DNA of 63,455 nucleotides, filler included, from Nemertoderma westbladi (GCA_032718475.1; 3 parts of 3 records of this genome joined end to end with filler, not necessarily neighbours in it), one strand, 5' to 3'; shown: positions 37,036-51,193, counted from the first letter of the whole stretch. Notes: a model not told the origin generated them from the letters alone. Numbers and translations: made by a program.

Positions 37036-39483
37036 GGTTAGTTAGTGATAGTTAATGGTTACACAGTTTAATTTTTTTTTTATTAATTGTCGTCAAAATG
37101 TTGACTGTTAAAATTATTATAGTTTATATTAAATCTTATAATAATATAACATTAGAAGGAACAAATTCATCTTATTATTATGTCGAAACAAAAGAGACAT
37201 CAATATTTCACCAATGATCTAAACTGAATTGATCTGTTTCTTTCAACCAATGTTTGTGTGCAAACACTTATCTGTACAGAAGAGTTTGAAAACGCCCACA
37301 ATGAACTGTTAAATCGCTGTTATTTCTCTTACATCTAAAAATGTATACTCTTAGGATTACCTATGCGTGTATGCTTGCTTACCTACTTACACATACATGT
37401 GCTATACATATATCTAATTAAAATAATATCATTTATATTATGATTGGCATCAGTCTATTATTTTAATTTTTATTTGAGGTGGCATGAGAAACATGACCTT
37501 CTCAAGGACAAATTTACAAACCATAATATCAAGTACTAAGATATCAAGTTGTCGACAACATCATCCTTTTTTGTCTATAGTTATACCGATGTTTCTTTGG
37601 CAAATAACACAATGGATGGAAATTTATCGAGTCAATCGCTCCCATGAATGTAGTCATAAAGCATTATTGGGTTTAGCAAAAACAGATTTTTTTGTAGCCC
37701 TATCCTGATTAGATTCGATTGAGGTGGTAACATGTATTATTGGGGATTTACCTTTGGATAAAATAATCAGTGTCATCTACAACCTTCTCAAGACATCTGG
37801 TATGTGGTGACAGCTATTCGAACCGATATGGAGCTTGACTATATAGAGCAATATTATGTAGGCCTATCAATTAGAATATTAATTGGGATGTTTGAAGTAA
37901 CTGGCTACCTACAAGAGGTAGCACAAAAACATGTGATATCAAAAATTAGGAATAAATGGAAGCAACAACATCAGTAATATATTGGAGCAAATAATACACA
38001 CACACATTGGGCATAGACTCTCCAAATTGGGCGATGTTACAAGGTTCGTGATGTAAAATTATGTAAAGGCAGCATCAGGAGTTCAAGCGCGGAAGTTGGA
38101 ATCGTAGTACCTAAGAACGAAAAGTCACATATATTTCAGTCAAATTTATTTTTTAACACTTTAAAAGTTATGAAATATAATTTTATAACCTTTATTTTTA
38201 TAAAAAGGTATCAAGCAAAGAGAAGAAAACAATTTAAGAATTTATAATAATTACTTATTAAAAGGGTAAGAAACCATCGTAAAACCATGCATCGCCACCT
38301 GCCCCCTCAACACGACAGCTCCACAGTTCGGGATCCACCATGTGAATCCACAATTCATCTTCAATATCAATACCAATGTTTTAGGAATGTGACCACCAGG
38401 TTTTTTTTTCCGCCATCCGACTGCTTTACAACAAGATCACATTATACAGGCTAATCATTTCTACGATGCGAGTCGACAGCAAGTCCCATCGTAGTGCCTG
38501 CAATGTGATACTGGGGCTTATAATTCTCAGTAAACTACCGAGATTGTGCAATGGCTCGTTAAGCCATGAACACTGTATGGTTCCATTCTGGTGTATTCTG
38601 CAGTAAGAGCACAAAAGTCTTTAAAGACTGTAAAGGGACTTCCTTTGTAGAAGGTTTGGTTCCAGGTGATTTCCATGTACTTGATTGATTATCCATTGCA
38701 AAAAATGCCTCGCCCTTTTGTAATAAGAGATCTTCAGGTGATCTCTGAATAGAAGACTCCTGGTTTTCTACATATCCAACCAAGCCATGCAACCTCTACT
38801 GAATACAAAAGTGGTGCCGGGGACTTACCGGGTGAACCCAAATTAACAGTTAAGATTCTTAGAAAGAAAGGCAAAGATGTTAAAGCGGGGAGCTTAAATA
38901 TTAAGGATGTTGTAGGCCAAGGTGTGTTAATATTAATATTTAGGATTCTGGTCTTTGTAGCACTTCTACATAAACCAACATTGGATACTGCCAAATTTAC
39001 ACTGCTGAGTAGTCTTGGAGAACCATCCAATGTTTATGACATTAATCCCTGCTCATCTGCAGACTCGAGTTGCCTCAGTGTATTGGTTGATTTTATCTAC
39101 ATCTACTACCATCAACTCGACGGGTTGCCATACAGGAGCCTTTAAACGGGATAGCTTAGATGCAGGCAAATCAGGCAGATACGACAATTATATTTGATAT
39201 TTATTCAAATATAGATGAGAGGATTAGACAAATTCTATGCAACTATTGTTACTAAAGTTAGTTTAGATATATGAATGTGTACAGTAGATAAAAAATGCCG
39301 TTGTGAGGCGAGTTCGACTTGTAGATATGAATTGAACATAAAGCGTAACATGTAAACATGTATCGCGAGTTGTAAAAAAACTAATACAACATTGTCCAAA
39401 TGTATTCATTTACCTATCTTCAATCGGCATTGCAGCATACCATTTGTATAAATAAATTGTATTTGCATTTTTGACTTTGCTAT

Positions 39484-39883
39484 GCCGGTGTAACAGAATG
39501 AGATAACTCCCAACCAAATATGACTCCCCAGTTTTCTCAGCCTAGGCTGAGAACACTCCCCAGTTTTCTCGCTAGATTTCTTAATTACCGGAGAGTAGCA
39601 GGTTACAGTGGCGGGCTTTTCTAACCAAAACAATAAACGATATCTCAATAATATAAGTTATAGTTTTATATTTGCAATATACGAAAATAACACAGGTACG
39701 GATATGAATTATAACTCAATTAGGGGAGTCATTTCAACCTAAGGGGAGTCATCCAGCCTAGGCTGAGTTAACTGGTGAGTGTTCTCAGCCTAGGCTGAGA
39801 CGACTGGAGGAGTGTTCTCAGCCTAGGCTGAGATGACTGGGGAGTCATGTCAAGAGGGAGTTATCTCAGCCATGTACACCGGC
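39484..39883. mobile_element. MITE with ~28-bp TIRs and internal CTCAGCCTAGGCTGAG palindromes
   Basis: GCCGGTGTAACAGAATGAGATAACTCCC / GGGAGTTATCTCAGCCATGTACACCGGC. Confidence 0.75.
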
Positions 39884-40300
39884 TTATCAACAAATTTTTG
39901 CTGCCTTTAAACGCCTTATCATTCATCATTTTATCGGTTGTCAAAGAACATGCTGGCTGGTCCTCACAGCGATAGCAATGAACTAACACGGAAGCGGTTT
40001 ATTCAAAAGTCACATTTTGGGGGACTAATGAGGCACTTCAAATGTTTTACAGGATCTAGTTGGCGATGTGTTAAATGTACTTGGCACAATAATCCCGGTA
40101 GATCATGACGGAATTAACTGCCCGGCAATTAAAGCCAAGCATGGACTCCCATATAGGAGTACAAGTTATATTGCAGCTCTATGTAATGTAAGCTTAATTG
40201 TATTCTATGTGAATTCCAAATTCTGGGCTTCATTTCAATGCTACCCAACCCATGCCTTCCCCTTACCAAGGAGTAGGTCTTCACACTTTAGCTGACTTTT

Positions 40301-40507
40301 ATGTTATGTAATGTTATAATAATGATGTCATTGGTTGTAATTATTGCTCTTTTTGTAACTGTTTCGCCCGCTTATTCCTCTGCCTCTGGTAAGGATGTGA
40401 AAGATGATGAACCAAGCAGAGAACCAGAGATACCTAAAGATATAGGGGATATGTTACAAAAGAGGATAATTAATGGAGAAATTGCACAGATCCGATACCC
40501 TTGGATG
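40301..40507 (+). CDS. Trypsin-like (S1A) serine protease, exon 1 (signal peptide, propeptide, activation site)
   Basis: Hydrophobic N-terminus, KR|IINGE, YPWM, then donor GTAAGT at 40508. Start could be 40301 or 40322. Confidence 0.85.
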
Positions 40508-40968
40508 GTAAGTAATATTTATTTGGAAGTTATGTACATAAACAACCCAACTCCCGTCAATTGATGGATGACATGCTGACTTGGGGCGTTAGTTCTGAGT
40601 ATGACATCACTCTCAATTTATGTTTGACTATATTTTATTAGTAAGGCTGGTAGGCCCTATACAATATAATTTTTTTACTGATGCTTATTGTTTTTTTTAA
40701 TGATATTATATTCTATTTATGTTTTAATTTCCTTGCCTCAATCTACTACATGATTTAGACAGCATGTGCATGATAGCCTATAGTAGTAGTATGTTTTATT
40801 GATACAATGTATATATCGGCACAACAACACTTTCACAATATACGATTGCATGCACATTATACACTACACTTTATATACACTTTAATTACTGTACCAAATA
40901 CAATAAATACACCATTAGTCCAATTATTATAAACAATATCCTTCGAAAAATATAACCTATTTTAATAA

Positions 40969-41244
40969 TTAAAATCTGTACAACTCAATTATATAGCTCC
41001 ATAACATTAGTGATATACCTACACAATGAGTGACAGTATCTCTATTAGTATCAAAAAACTGAACAACTGTCAGAACTTGTTCTAATTCAAGGCCCGAGTA
41101 TTCACCCTGTAGAGATTTGGACACAGGGCGTTCTAGAAGTACATGTACTTCTGATTGGACCGAATTATGGTCACAGCTACACACTCGGTCTACCCGAGGT
41201 GTCCTACTCCACCGGCCTTTCTTTATATGTAAGTTGTGGGACAT
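40969..41244 (-). pseudogene. CR1-group LINE 3' fragment inside protease intron 1
   Basis: SHNLHIKKGRWSRTPRVDRVCSCD...QSEVHVLLE. Confidence 0.6.
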
Positions 41245-41305
41245 GATATATACACTCTATAGTAAATTGGAATTATTTGGTGACTTTTTATTCGATCCTA
41301 ATTAG

Positions 41306-41500
41306 GTATCAGTGCAGAGCTGGCAGCATACATATTGGGAACACCATTGCGCCGGATCTGTAATCGCATCCAAGTGGATTCTAACAGCAGCCCATTGTGT
41401 GGTCGAATATAAAAATTGGTTAACTTGGATACGCGTTCACGCAGGTAGACACCACCTGTATGGTGAGCTAGACCGCTCTTATGAGGAACATTTTGTTAAT
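41306..41500 (+). CDS. Serine protease exon 2 (catalytic His)
   Basis: TTAG| acceptor, HHCAGSVIASKWILTAAHC, |GTATGT donor; phase 0 at both ends. Confidence 0.9.
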
Positions 41501-41736
41501 GTATGTGAATATATATAATATTTGTGTTAAAGTTAAACACTTGCTGTACAGCTGGTAAACCTACCCGCCAGTTTACATTTGTTTGTTATTGTAGAATGGT
41601 CATTTATACAAAGCCGTATATAAGAAATAGGCCTAAGCCATGCTTTATCATGCCGAGACGGTACTCGCATGTCAGATTGGTAAGCGTCAAATATATATAG
41701 CAAAAATTATGACATTAATAATAATATTTTTTTCAG

Positions 41737-42026
41737 CTGCCGGTTCCTGATTGGGATATGTTGGTCGGAGTCAAGCAAATTATAATACACGAAGCTTTCA
41801 ATGAAGATAGACCTTGGGAGTATGATATAGGTTTGCTTGAACTGGACCAAGAATTGGTTTTTAATGACAAAATTAGACCAATTCCTATAATGATTACAAA
41901 GAATTGCCAAGATGTGATAGTACCCGAAGGCTCTACAAGCATTGCGCTTGGGTGGGGTAAAGATGAAGGTGGTGATTTATCAGATGAACTACGTGTGTTA
42001 CAACTACAAACATATTCTACTAAAAG
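41737..42026 (+). CDS. Serine protease exon 3 (catalytic Asp)
   Basis: TTTTCAG| acceptor, IIIHEAF...YDIGLLEL...IRPI...GWG...LR, |GTTAGT donor. Confidence 0.88.
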
Positions 42027-43835
42027 GTTAGTTTTCAATCATTCTCAGCTAAATGACCATGTGCTCAGGCGCCACTCAATATATTCGTGAATCGCCAAAA
42101 ATTCGCGCTTTTTGTCAACATTACCTTTATTGCGCTTGTTTCCGCAGTGATAGACATGATAATAAGGCAAGGGCTGTTCTCATTGGATGACCTTAAAAAA
42201 TAAGCAACAAAAGCAGTTCTTATTGGATGTAACAGTGCGCTAAATAATATAATTAATAGGTTTATATATTTATTGCATTTTATTATATTATAATATTATA
42301 TAATAAAATGCAATAAATAGTATTAAGTATTAAATTATAAAGTATTAAATATATTATATTTAATACTTTATATATTTATTGCCATGAATAACTACACAAA
42401 CGTATATAAAGCGGTTTAAAAGCAAGCCCTTGATCTGATAATTAATTATATTAAGGCTAAATTTAATATCATTGATACCTATGACATGTAAACATACTAA
42501 AAAAACAAAAAAAATCTATGAAAATAAAAAATTCAGTAAGTGAATGTGAAGATAATTTTAGAATTGAGACTCTGAGATGTGAAGTACGTGCAAAACCCGA
42601 GTCAGCAACTAAATTTTATAATTATTGTTTTTTATATTTATGTTTTGAATCTTACTAGATACATCCTGTCTATAATACAAGGAATTATATCCCAGACTAC
42701 AAACGTAGATCGTTTAGTAAAGTTCGTTTATTCTCTCATGATCTACGGAGTGAAAAAGGTAGATGGAGCCGTGTTCCGATAGTAGAATAGAGTTTGTTGT
42801 TATGTTGTGACAATCAATACTTACGTTCAAGATGAACTGCATGTTGCATCATTTTGCCCTATTGCAATTACTCAATCAATTTAATTTTATTAAAATTTAC
42901 TTTTTTTTTAATTTGGAGTAGTTTTAGTGAAGTTGTTTTTAAGATGAAGTAGTTCTTAACAAATGGTGCGAATGCTAGGAGGGGGGGCGGGGTGGAGGAG
43001 AGGGGGGGGGGGGGGGTGGAGGAGAAGGGGGTGAGTGGAGGAGAGGGGGGTGAGTAACATAACGGGATATGGGGGGGGGGGGGTGGAGGAGAGGGGGGTG
43101 AGTAACATAACGGGATATGAGCGCCAGCAGTAGAAAGAAAGATGACAAGGGGGATAAAAAGAGAAACTAACAGAAAACCAGTCCATCCCACCTCCCTTCA
43201 TACTCTCAAATACACAATTATTTTTTATTAAATATGAGATAAGTTTAAATTACAACGACAGTTTATAACAATTTTTATTCTTAAATTGTTACTTTTTCGC
43301 TCGAATTTAGACCAAAATCGGGAGAAAAAGTTGCACTTTTTTCCCTAGGGAAAAAAAGTAACCCATAGGATTGCATTGATTTTACTTTTTTCCCGGTGAA
43401 AAAGTAAAATAAAATATTTTTGGTGGAATTTCTTAAATTGTATTAAATATATACAAAGAGCATTGACGTAGAAAAGGTTTGCATGTAATTTGAGCAAAAT
43501 CGATGCACACAATCAAAAGTTACTGCAAATTTAGTGTCTGCGCGGCGTACTCCAAAACGGAACTCAATATTCCAACATTGGTTTATGTTGTTAAGCGGCT
43601 CTCTAGTTACATAATAAATATTCGAGAACACTAAATTATTTAACATTGAGTAAAGTAGCATCAGGAGTTGAAGAGTACAATAAATTGAATCGCAGTAACT
43701 ATGGAAGCAATATAGGCTAGTAAAATACAATAGTTCAATTTATTTTGTAACATTAGGCCTACTGTACAGTATATCGCTGTACGTTTTATTAAAGAATTAA
43801 GCAACAAAAATGTACCAATTTAAGAATAAAATTAC

Positions 43836-45027
43836 TGTAAAAGCTTTTGTGGGATAACTGATACGTTTGCCTTTGCTGGCCAGTCCCCCCCCCCCCGGTC
43901 GCTAGAATACTCTAAAAGGGATCTATAGCTAAAATAGTGCAAGCTACCAGCTTATTGGCTGATGTGCTGTACGGAGGTATCTGGGCTCCGTTTAATCGGC
44001 CAACCAGCTTAGGGAGGTTGCTTCAGCCCTGCTGCCCGTATCGGCCAATAGAATTTGAGTGGGCGTGAATTTTGACCTATCCCAGAGCTACTGAACTGAA
44101 TTTCCTATCTCTATGCTCATCCTCTGTGTTGGACGGGAGCTTCGGGGAATAAGGGTAGTTGGTATCCTCGTATAGGCATCTAGTCATATGATTCTTCATA
44201 TGATTCTGTAGTTGTGTTCCCATTTTTCGCCATAACACCGGCTTTTGGGAAGAACTCTAGTAAAACTGCTTAAATTATCGAAAGTATAACTGTTACCTTA
44301 ATAGTCTCAATCACTTAATTTAACTGCACTAATCATATTGTTTGTACTGTTATTTACCGTCAGTTATTAATTGTATCTATTTGTTGATGAAATATTGCCC
44401 TTTGGAGAATACGGATAAATTACCCAAATTTCCCAATTTTCTTGATACACTACAGGTTAGAGAGACAGGCTATATATAACAATTGCGATTTATATTAATG
44501 TGGTGTGTATTGAATCTAAATGTTATTTAGCAGACCCTACATGAGTCAATTGCTGCTCTCTTTATGTGTGATCAAATATACTGACGGTCGGCAGAATAGT
44601 GTGCATGATTGTGATTGGTAACAAAGCATTTCCTAAAGAATGCGCCTTATACTTTAATCATAAGTGGTATCGTTGCGTTTAGTATAAGTCCTAGTTCTGT
44701 TTAAATAGATAGAGCGCCACGTCCTAAAGGAACTGTTAATATTTCCCGAAAGCCAATAATATCTGTCAGAAATTAATTATTAACGATCTATCGAATAATA
44801 CAATAGGTTTACACTGCAACCTTACACTGCAATAATAAAATTTAAGCATCCGAATTCAGCCTCCCGGGTGTAGATCCATCGGGTGAATGATCGCGCATGG
44901 GCTGGCTTCGGTTAATGTTTTGTTTATTAGCATAAAATATTATCGTATGCTAAAGGTGTTTTAATTAACTAAAAGACATATAAATTTTGGCAGGTTAAAC
45001 TGCTAAAGGTCTTCAAAAGCGCGAACA
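43836..45027 (+). repeat. LTR of BEL family B (copy 3), putative 5' LTR
   Basis: TGTAAAAGCTTTTG...GCGCGAACA, 1192 bp; 44400-45027 aligns with 33270-33880; lies upstream of an intact BEL gag. Confidence 0.85.
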
Positions 45028-45094
45028 GTAACAGTTAACGATCTTATTGCAGTAAGCAATAAGGTTGCAAAATACCGTAGTGACCGGTAAACCT

Positions 45095-45965
45095 GAACCG
45101 GTACTTCTGTAGGTCAGTAGGCCCAACTGTCCTAACCGGTACTGCTGTAGGTCCGTAGGTCCAACTGCCAGAACCGGTACTTCTGTAGGTCTGTAGGCCC
45201 AACTGTCCTAACCGGTACTGCTGTATAAGTACATTAGTATTATTCGATTTGATTATTGTATACCGGTAGGTCTTGGTACTTAATCAGGGAACGGCCGCCC
45301 TGATTTTTATTTGAGATTCTACTTATTTCTGTCGGTTTTATTTACTAGTAGGCTAATATTGAGCAGAAGGCGTGTGACCCTGCTCAGATTGTACAGATAA
45401 TTGTAGGCTTGACTGTTGTCTGACTGTGTTGAGTCTGGAGAGACTGCGGCGTGTGTAGAGTTTGTCTGACAAAGTGCCGTTAGTAAGTTGGGGCAGCCAT
45501 ATGCTGTAAGGTCAATCCCCTCTTAAAGAATAAGTCGTACTACCGTGTTAGAACGCATACTAACTAACAGTTTCAGAATCTGCATATACTGTAGTTTATT
45601 TTAGGCTTGATCGTGGTCTGCCGGCATTTTTGGCCTGTGTTTGTTTGTGTAGTCTGTTCAGGTACCGTAATAGTTATTACTCAAATATTTTGTAGGCTGG
45701 ATTGTTGTCTAGCTATTCTTAGGCCTGAAGGGATTGCTGCGTGTGTAGAGTTTGTCTGATAAAGTGCCGTTAGTAAGTTGGGGCAGCCATATGCTGTAAG
45801 GTCAATCCCCTCTTAAAGAATAAGTCGTACTACCGTGTTAGAACGCATACTAACTAACAGTTTCAGAATCTGCACATACTGTAGTTTGTTTAGGCTTGAT
45901 AGTAGTCTGCCAGCGTTTGGTTTGTATTTTTGTTTGAGTATTCTGTACGGGTAGCGTAATATTTA
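45095..45965 (+). repeat. Tandem repeats in the long leader: ~38 bp x4 (45095-45225) and ~295 bp x2 (45400-45965)
   Basis: AACCGGTACTTCTGTAGGTC units; GCGTGTGTAGAGTTTGTCTGA...TTAGGCTTGAT duplicated. Confidence 0.9.
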
Positions 45966-47291
45966 TTATTCAGAGTTTATGCGATTATTCGCAACATTCA
46001 TGTCCCCAAGTTTATCCCTACAGTAATTGTGCTTGTTATACATACCGTTATAGTTAAATTAACCCCGGTACTATACGGGCTGCTTGGCGTAGGACAAGAC
46101 TGGTGACTTTGTGCTCTGGTCACTCCAGCAGATGCCGTGGTTCTTTTAACTGTTCAAGTATATTTAACTACTGATTATTTGTTGTACCAGTACTTGTACC
46201 TAATTTAGGGTTTAGTGTACAGTGCTTCCGAAAGTAATTAGTGTGTAGGCAGTATATTTGTGTTGTAAAGTGGTTGATAGGCACATTCGTTAGCTCTATT
46301 AACTTCTGGGTAGGAACACTCCGTGATACATAACGTAGTACCTATAGCGATACGGTTATAGGTCGTCAGGCGGTGGTATTTTCCTATCTGGACAGTGCAA
46401 TATATTTACTACTACTTATTATTTCAAATACCGTAGTACCCTGTCCGTTGTAAGAACCAGAAATCTAACCCTTTGTTAGGCTGGTTTGTAGACTTCCTGT
46501 GAAATTACCCTAAAAAATTCGTACGTAATATTTTGTTGTGTTTTAATTAGAGAATTAATCTCACCCATATCGTAAGTAATTTGTAGTATTAAGTAACTTA
46601 AGTAAATTAGAATTATTAGTTTTAGTGTCTCAATAAGTAACACTTCACTGAGAGCGCACAGCTTCTGTGTAGTGACTCCCCCAGAAATAATAACATTTAT
46701 TTCAAATATTGACAAAACCCCTTTTAAACGGGTATATATCTATTATAAATCAACTCAAACGATTTATAAATAGTAGGCCTGTCATACAACAACTAGGTCT
46801 CAATATCAGTTGGACTACTGCTTAAATAATGGTAATAAAGTAAGTTAAAGTAACCAAGTAACCCTAAAAATATTCAGAAATTCAATTATTCTAAAATAAT
46901 TGATAATTGACATACCGGTATTTACCATAGGCTTATTATATTTATCTCTATAAATTTGAGCTGAAATCATACCGGTACTCTGTAATTAATCTAGTCTGTA
47001 ATTATACTTATATATACTATAAGTGTAAGCTGTATACCGGTATTCACTATAGGCCTATTATATATTTGTATATATTTGTGCTAAAATTATATACCGGTAC
47101 TCTGCGACAAATCTAGTCTGTAATAATACTTATACATATTATAAGCATACCGGTATTCTAATATATTGTATATATCACGTTACACCGAGTAACGGTATCG
47201 GTAATAAATCGCTAGGCTTGCGGTCATACTGAATTACCAGACTTGCTTTAACTGAAACTATAGTAGTAGACATTCAACTGTATAGCTAAAC

Positions 47292-50200
47292 ATGTCTGAC
47301 ACTCAGCAAAACCTGTCAGACAGTCTGATCGATACAACTATCTGTGACTCAGATAGGAGTGTGGAGCGATTAAGAAAGGAGTTCAGCTCACCTCCTACTG
47401 CAAAAAAGGTCATCCCTCCAGTAGTATCAGACCCTAGGCTAATCCACCATAGGTCCATCATAGGCACTCGGGCACAGGTCAAACGGAACCAAGAGGCAGT
47501 TGTCCCATCGCAGCAACATCTTGGTCAAGAACCTACTTCCCAGCGACCCGATAGCTCCAGCAGTTCGGATACTGTAGAGCTGACCCCCGAACGCGGAGTG
47601 CAGATGGCTGCTACAGTCTACTCGGACCCCCTTCTTACCCTTCCTGCTGCAGTGCTAACTACTATATTCATTGCGGTGGAGGAACATCAAGCCGACTGGG
47701 CGAGGAATAAGCGAGCGACCCAAGATAATTATGCGGGATACGCCAGGGAAGAATTAATGTCTATTGTCGAGTCACAATGGAACTTTCCCGGACTCGGACT
47801 CCCGTTGGATCTGTCCGAGGCTACTTGGGAAGATATACACAGGATGGGAGTGGCAAAAGATACAATGGATCCAGCTGTTTGGAAGAGGTCGGCAGCAGGA
47901 TATGTGCAGGGATTCTTCGGCTCCTTGGAGCGATTGGAAGAACAACTGTTTCGACAACCTCACGGACCTCAAGAGCAGGAAGAGCTGCTATACCAAATAC
48001 GCGAAAGAACCCTACGCATACGACTAATCCTCTCAGCCTTTGAGGAAACTTCCAAAAGAAGACAGGACACGTCGCTGCAGGTTGCTGTCAAAACTTGGTT
48101 ACATCGGGTAGATCTCCAAGTACAGGAAACGGCCCAGTGGAAATCCCAGCTGGCTGAGAGATCAACCTATGAAGAACAAACTGATGTCACCCTTTCTCAA
48201 GCGGAAAGCAAAGAGACCGCCGAGAAACCGCGAACTAGAGACGCTATCGACATTTATTTGTCCGACTATCAGCGTTTCCTAGGAGACGAAGAGTTGAGGA
48301 GACGGCTGTCTGGACTTTCCCCTAATAGTGAAGGAACTAAGCTTGTGTTGGACTCAATCGATGCCGAAATGTTAGCTGCAAACCAAGCTGAATGTGATGA
48401 AAAACTCCGCCTCACTAGAGTCCGAGAAGAACAAGTAAAGAAAGAATGGATAGAGAAAAGAAAGGTGGCAGCAGCAGAGGCGGCAGAAGCAGAAGCCGAA
48501 AGAAAGTCGGCAAAAGCAGAAGCCGAAAGAAAGTCGGCAGAAGCAAAAGCAGAAGCCGAAAGAAAGGCGGCAGAAGCAGAAGCAGAAGCCGAAAGAAAGG
48601 CGGCAGAAGCAGAAGCAGAAGCCGAAAGAAAGGCGGCAGAAGCAGAAGCAGAAGCCGAAAGAAAGGCGGCAGAAGCAGAAGCAGAAAGAAAAGCAGCAGT
48701 GGCAGAAGCAGAACGTAGAGCTTCTGAAGAGACTATCCAATTGGAGTTGGAAAATCTGCAAGAGACGCAAGACAGTATAAATAAACAGTTTACTGCTAAT
48801 CAAATGCAGATGATGAGAAAATCTACCCCCAAGCGCCGAGGATACACATCCTCGGAGGAAGGCGATACTACCGATCCTGAAGGCGGGGGAAATAGATCTC
48901 ATCTAAGTAGGCGTAGAAAAACATCTTACCGTCGCAAATTGCCTGATTTGCCCCCAGCTGTTAGAAGACAGCTAGCTAGCACAGACTTGAGTAGTATAGA
49001 ACCTACAGCCCAAAGTATTAAGGTCCAAAGACTCTCTACAATAGTTGATGAGCCTGAGATAATTAGGCCTGTCGTTCCCAAAGTCACTTCTGTGTTAGAG
49101 ACCCCTGTACTTCCAGAGCTTAACTCTAAATTCCCTTTACATAGTACTACACTGCCTGTACCCGGTGGAACAGTCCAAGAGAATATCCCTGTCCAGATAG
49201 CAGAGAGAGAAATTAAAAATTTGTATCCCGTCGTCCCACGTCAGCCCGCTACTATGTTGGCGACTCCCGCTTCGGCGGTTGAGTGGGTGGAAGAGGGACG
49301 GCGTGGGATGAATCTCCTGCTGGGACAGATGCAGGAGACTGTCCACCAACTTAAGGGAACAGTGAGGGAAGGTAGAGCAGAGTTGCAAGAAGTGCAGCAA
49401 AGTATCGCGCTAGAACGTGACAAATTAGTTAATATACAAAAGGGCATACCAATACCCCCTGTAACATTGTGTCCACCTGTTAGGTCTGAAGTATTACATG
49501 CGCAAGGTGTGGAGCCTACACGCATCTATACTGCTAGTGAAGTTGAAACTCCTATAGCAAACCCTATTAAGGGTGATTATAGACCTGTTATTAATGATAT
49601 TCCCTATAGACCTGATAATGATCCGAGAAATTTATATACCGATAATTCGATATTAAATTACACGATGGCCCAAGAAAGCTTTACGCGTCAGATGGCTAGA
49701 ACAGAAGCCTGCCAAGCGGTCAAAGTGGGAGAGATCGTCAAATTCAATGGAGATGAGATGAAATGGTTACCTTTCAACGAATATTACAAAGATAGCATAC
49801 AGAACTCTGTACTATCTAACGGAGAGAAACTTAGATTCCTCATCAAGTGCTTGGAAGGACCTCCCAAGTTAATGGCGTTAAAGTTTATTGGACATCCAGA
49901 AGGATTAAGACAAGTTTGGGATACATTAAACATCAGGTATGGTAACAAGGATAACATAGCTAAGTATTTGTATGCAAAATTAGTAGCCCCCCGACACTTC
50001 CTTAGTAGTGGGATTATAGAGTTTTCCGATGAAATTCAAGAGATCTGTAGACAACTGGACTGGTTAGGTAAGTCGCATGAATATCAGAGTTCCATGGTTA
50101 TTGGAGCCGTAGTCTCTACTTTACCAAAGGGTGGAGTATGTACACGCTGGGACAAGAAAGTGTTGTACATGAATGAACAACAACGACGAAGTCCTACCAT

Positions 50201-51093
50201 GGCTGATCTCATGTCTTTCTTAGATGGTGAAGTCAAACTACAACTCATCAAGCAGTCCAGAGAGAAAACATCGGAAAATAAGGTAAGTGAGAAACCCACT
50301 TCTAGGAGAAGAGTAACACCGGTGTGTTACACTGACGACGGCGAAAGCCAAGCTTCCCAAGAAGAGGACAGCGGGAAAGATATAGACCGATCTTATTATG
50401 TTGACAAAACCTCAAAAGATGTAAGTAAATATAAGGCTCGAAACAACGATAGGAGAGAACAGGTTGCCAAGACCCCTCCTCAGTCTCCTAACAGAATGCA
50501 CCGAAGAAAACCCGAAGAAAAAACGAGAGTGCATCAAGTTAATCAAGGTAAAGTGAGTAACATCAAACCTAACTGTGCGCTGTGCGACGGGACCCACCGT
50601 TTGAGTGCGTGTGCTGAATTTCTAAAGAAATCCCTTGTAGACAGACGTACAGTCGTGTGGGACAAGCGGTTATGCTATAATTGCCTCAGACCAGGACACC
50701 AATGGCGAACCTGTTACTCCGACATAAAGTGTGCAAAGTGTGGCGCGAAACATCACATCTTGTTACACAGTGAGTTCGAACGAGACAAACAGAGTCAGGT
50801 AAGTGAGCCCGAACTACATGTCCAATTTAGTGACGTAAATGACACTGATCAAGAGTCTGAGATGGAAGGATTCTATACTGACGAATTCTCCGACGCCAAT
50901 GAATCCTGTTATCTAATAAATACCGCGGTGTATAGAGCACTTACTTACGAAAAGGACATCAACGATGAGTTTTCCCCAACTACTTTCGCCAAACAACCAT
51001 CTTGGAAAGCTCCAGCTTCCAACGTAGGAATCAGAGAATTTCCTGTAGTTCAGGTAAGAGTTCACGGTCTTAACAAAAGCTACATAGTGAACG
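47292..51093 (+). CDS. BEL/Pao Gag(-Pol) N-terminal part, open for ~1,267 codons up to the gap
   Basis: KFNGD...W..F, LSNGEKLRFL..CLEGPP, L..RYG; knuckles CALC..H...C, CYNCLRPGH...C, CAKC...HH.LLH; PVVQVRVHG at the protease start. Confidence 0.92.
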
Positions 51094-51193
51094 NNNNNNN
51101 NNNNNNNNNNNNNNNNNNNNNNNNNNNNNNNNNNNNNTTAATTAATTAANNNNNNNNNNNNNNNNNNNNNNNNNNNNNNNNNNNNNNNNNNNN
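51094..51193. other. Assembly gap with TTAATTAATTAA linker
   Basis: Same 100-nt spacer as at 31109. Confidence 0.97.

Noticed and set aside
37700-39200. Coding-like degenerate sequence
   Set aside because: Many stops and no recognisable motif; cannot be assigned.
42868-43201. Proline-rich extensin-like ORFs
   Set aside because: They derive from a G-rich simple repeat with homopolymer tracts.
44986-45010. TGGCAGG... as the PBS of family B
   Set aside because: The same hairpin is present in both 3' LTR copies, so it lies inside the LTR.
48372-48902. Antisense Phe/Cys ORF and overlapping SR-rich ORF (48446-48718)
   Set aside because: Alternative frames of the Gag AEAERK repeat.
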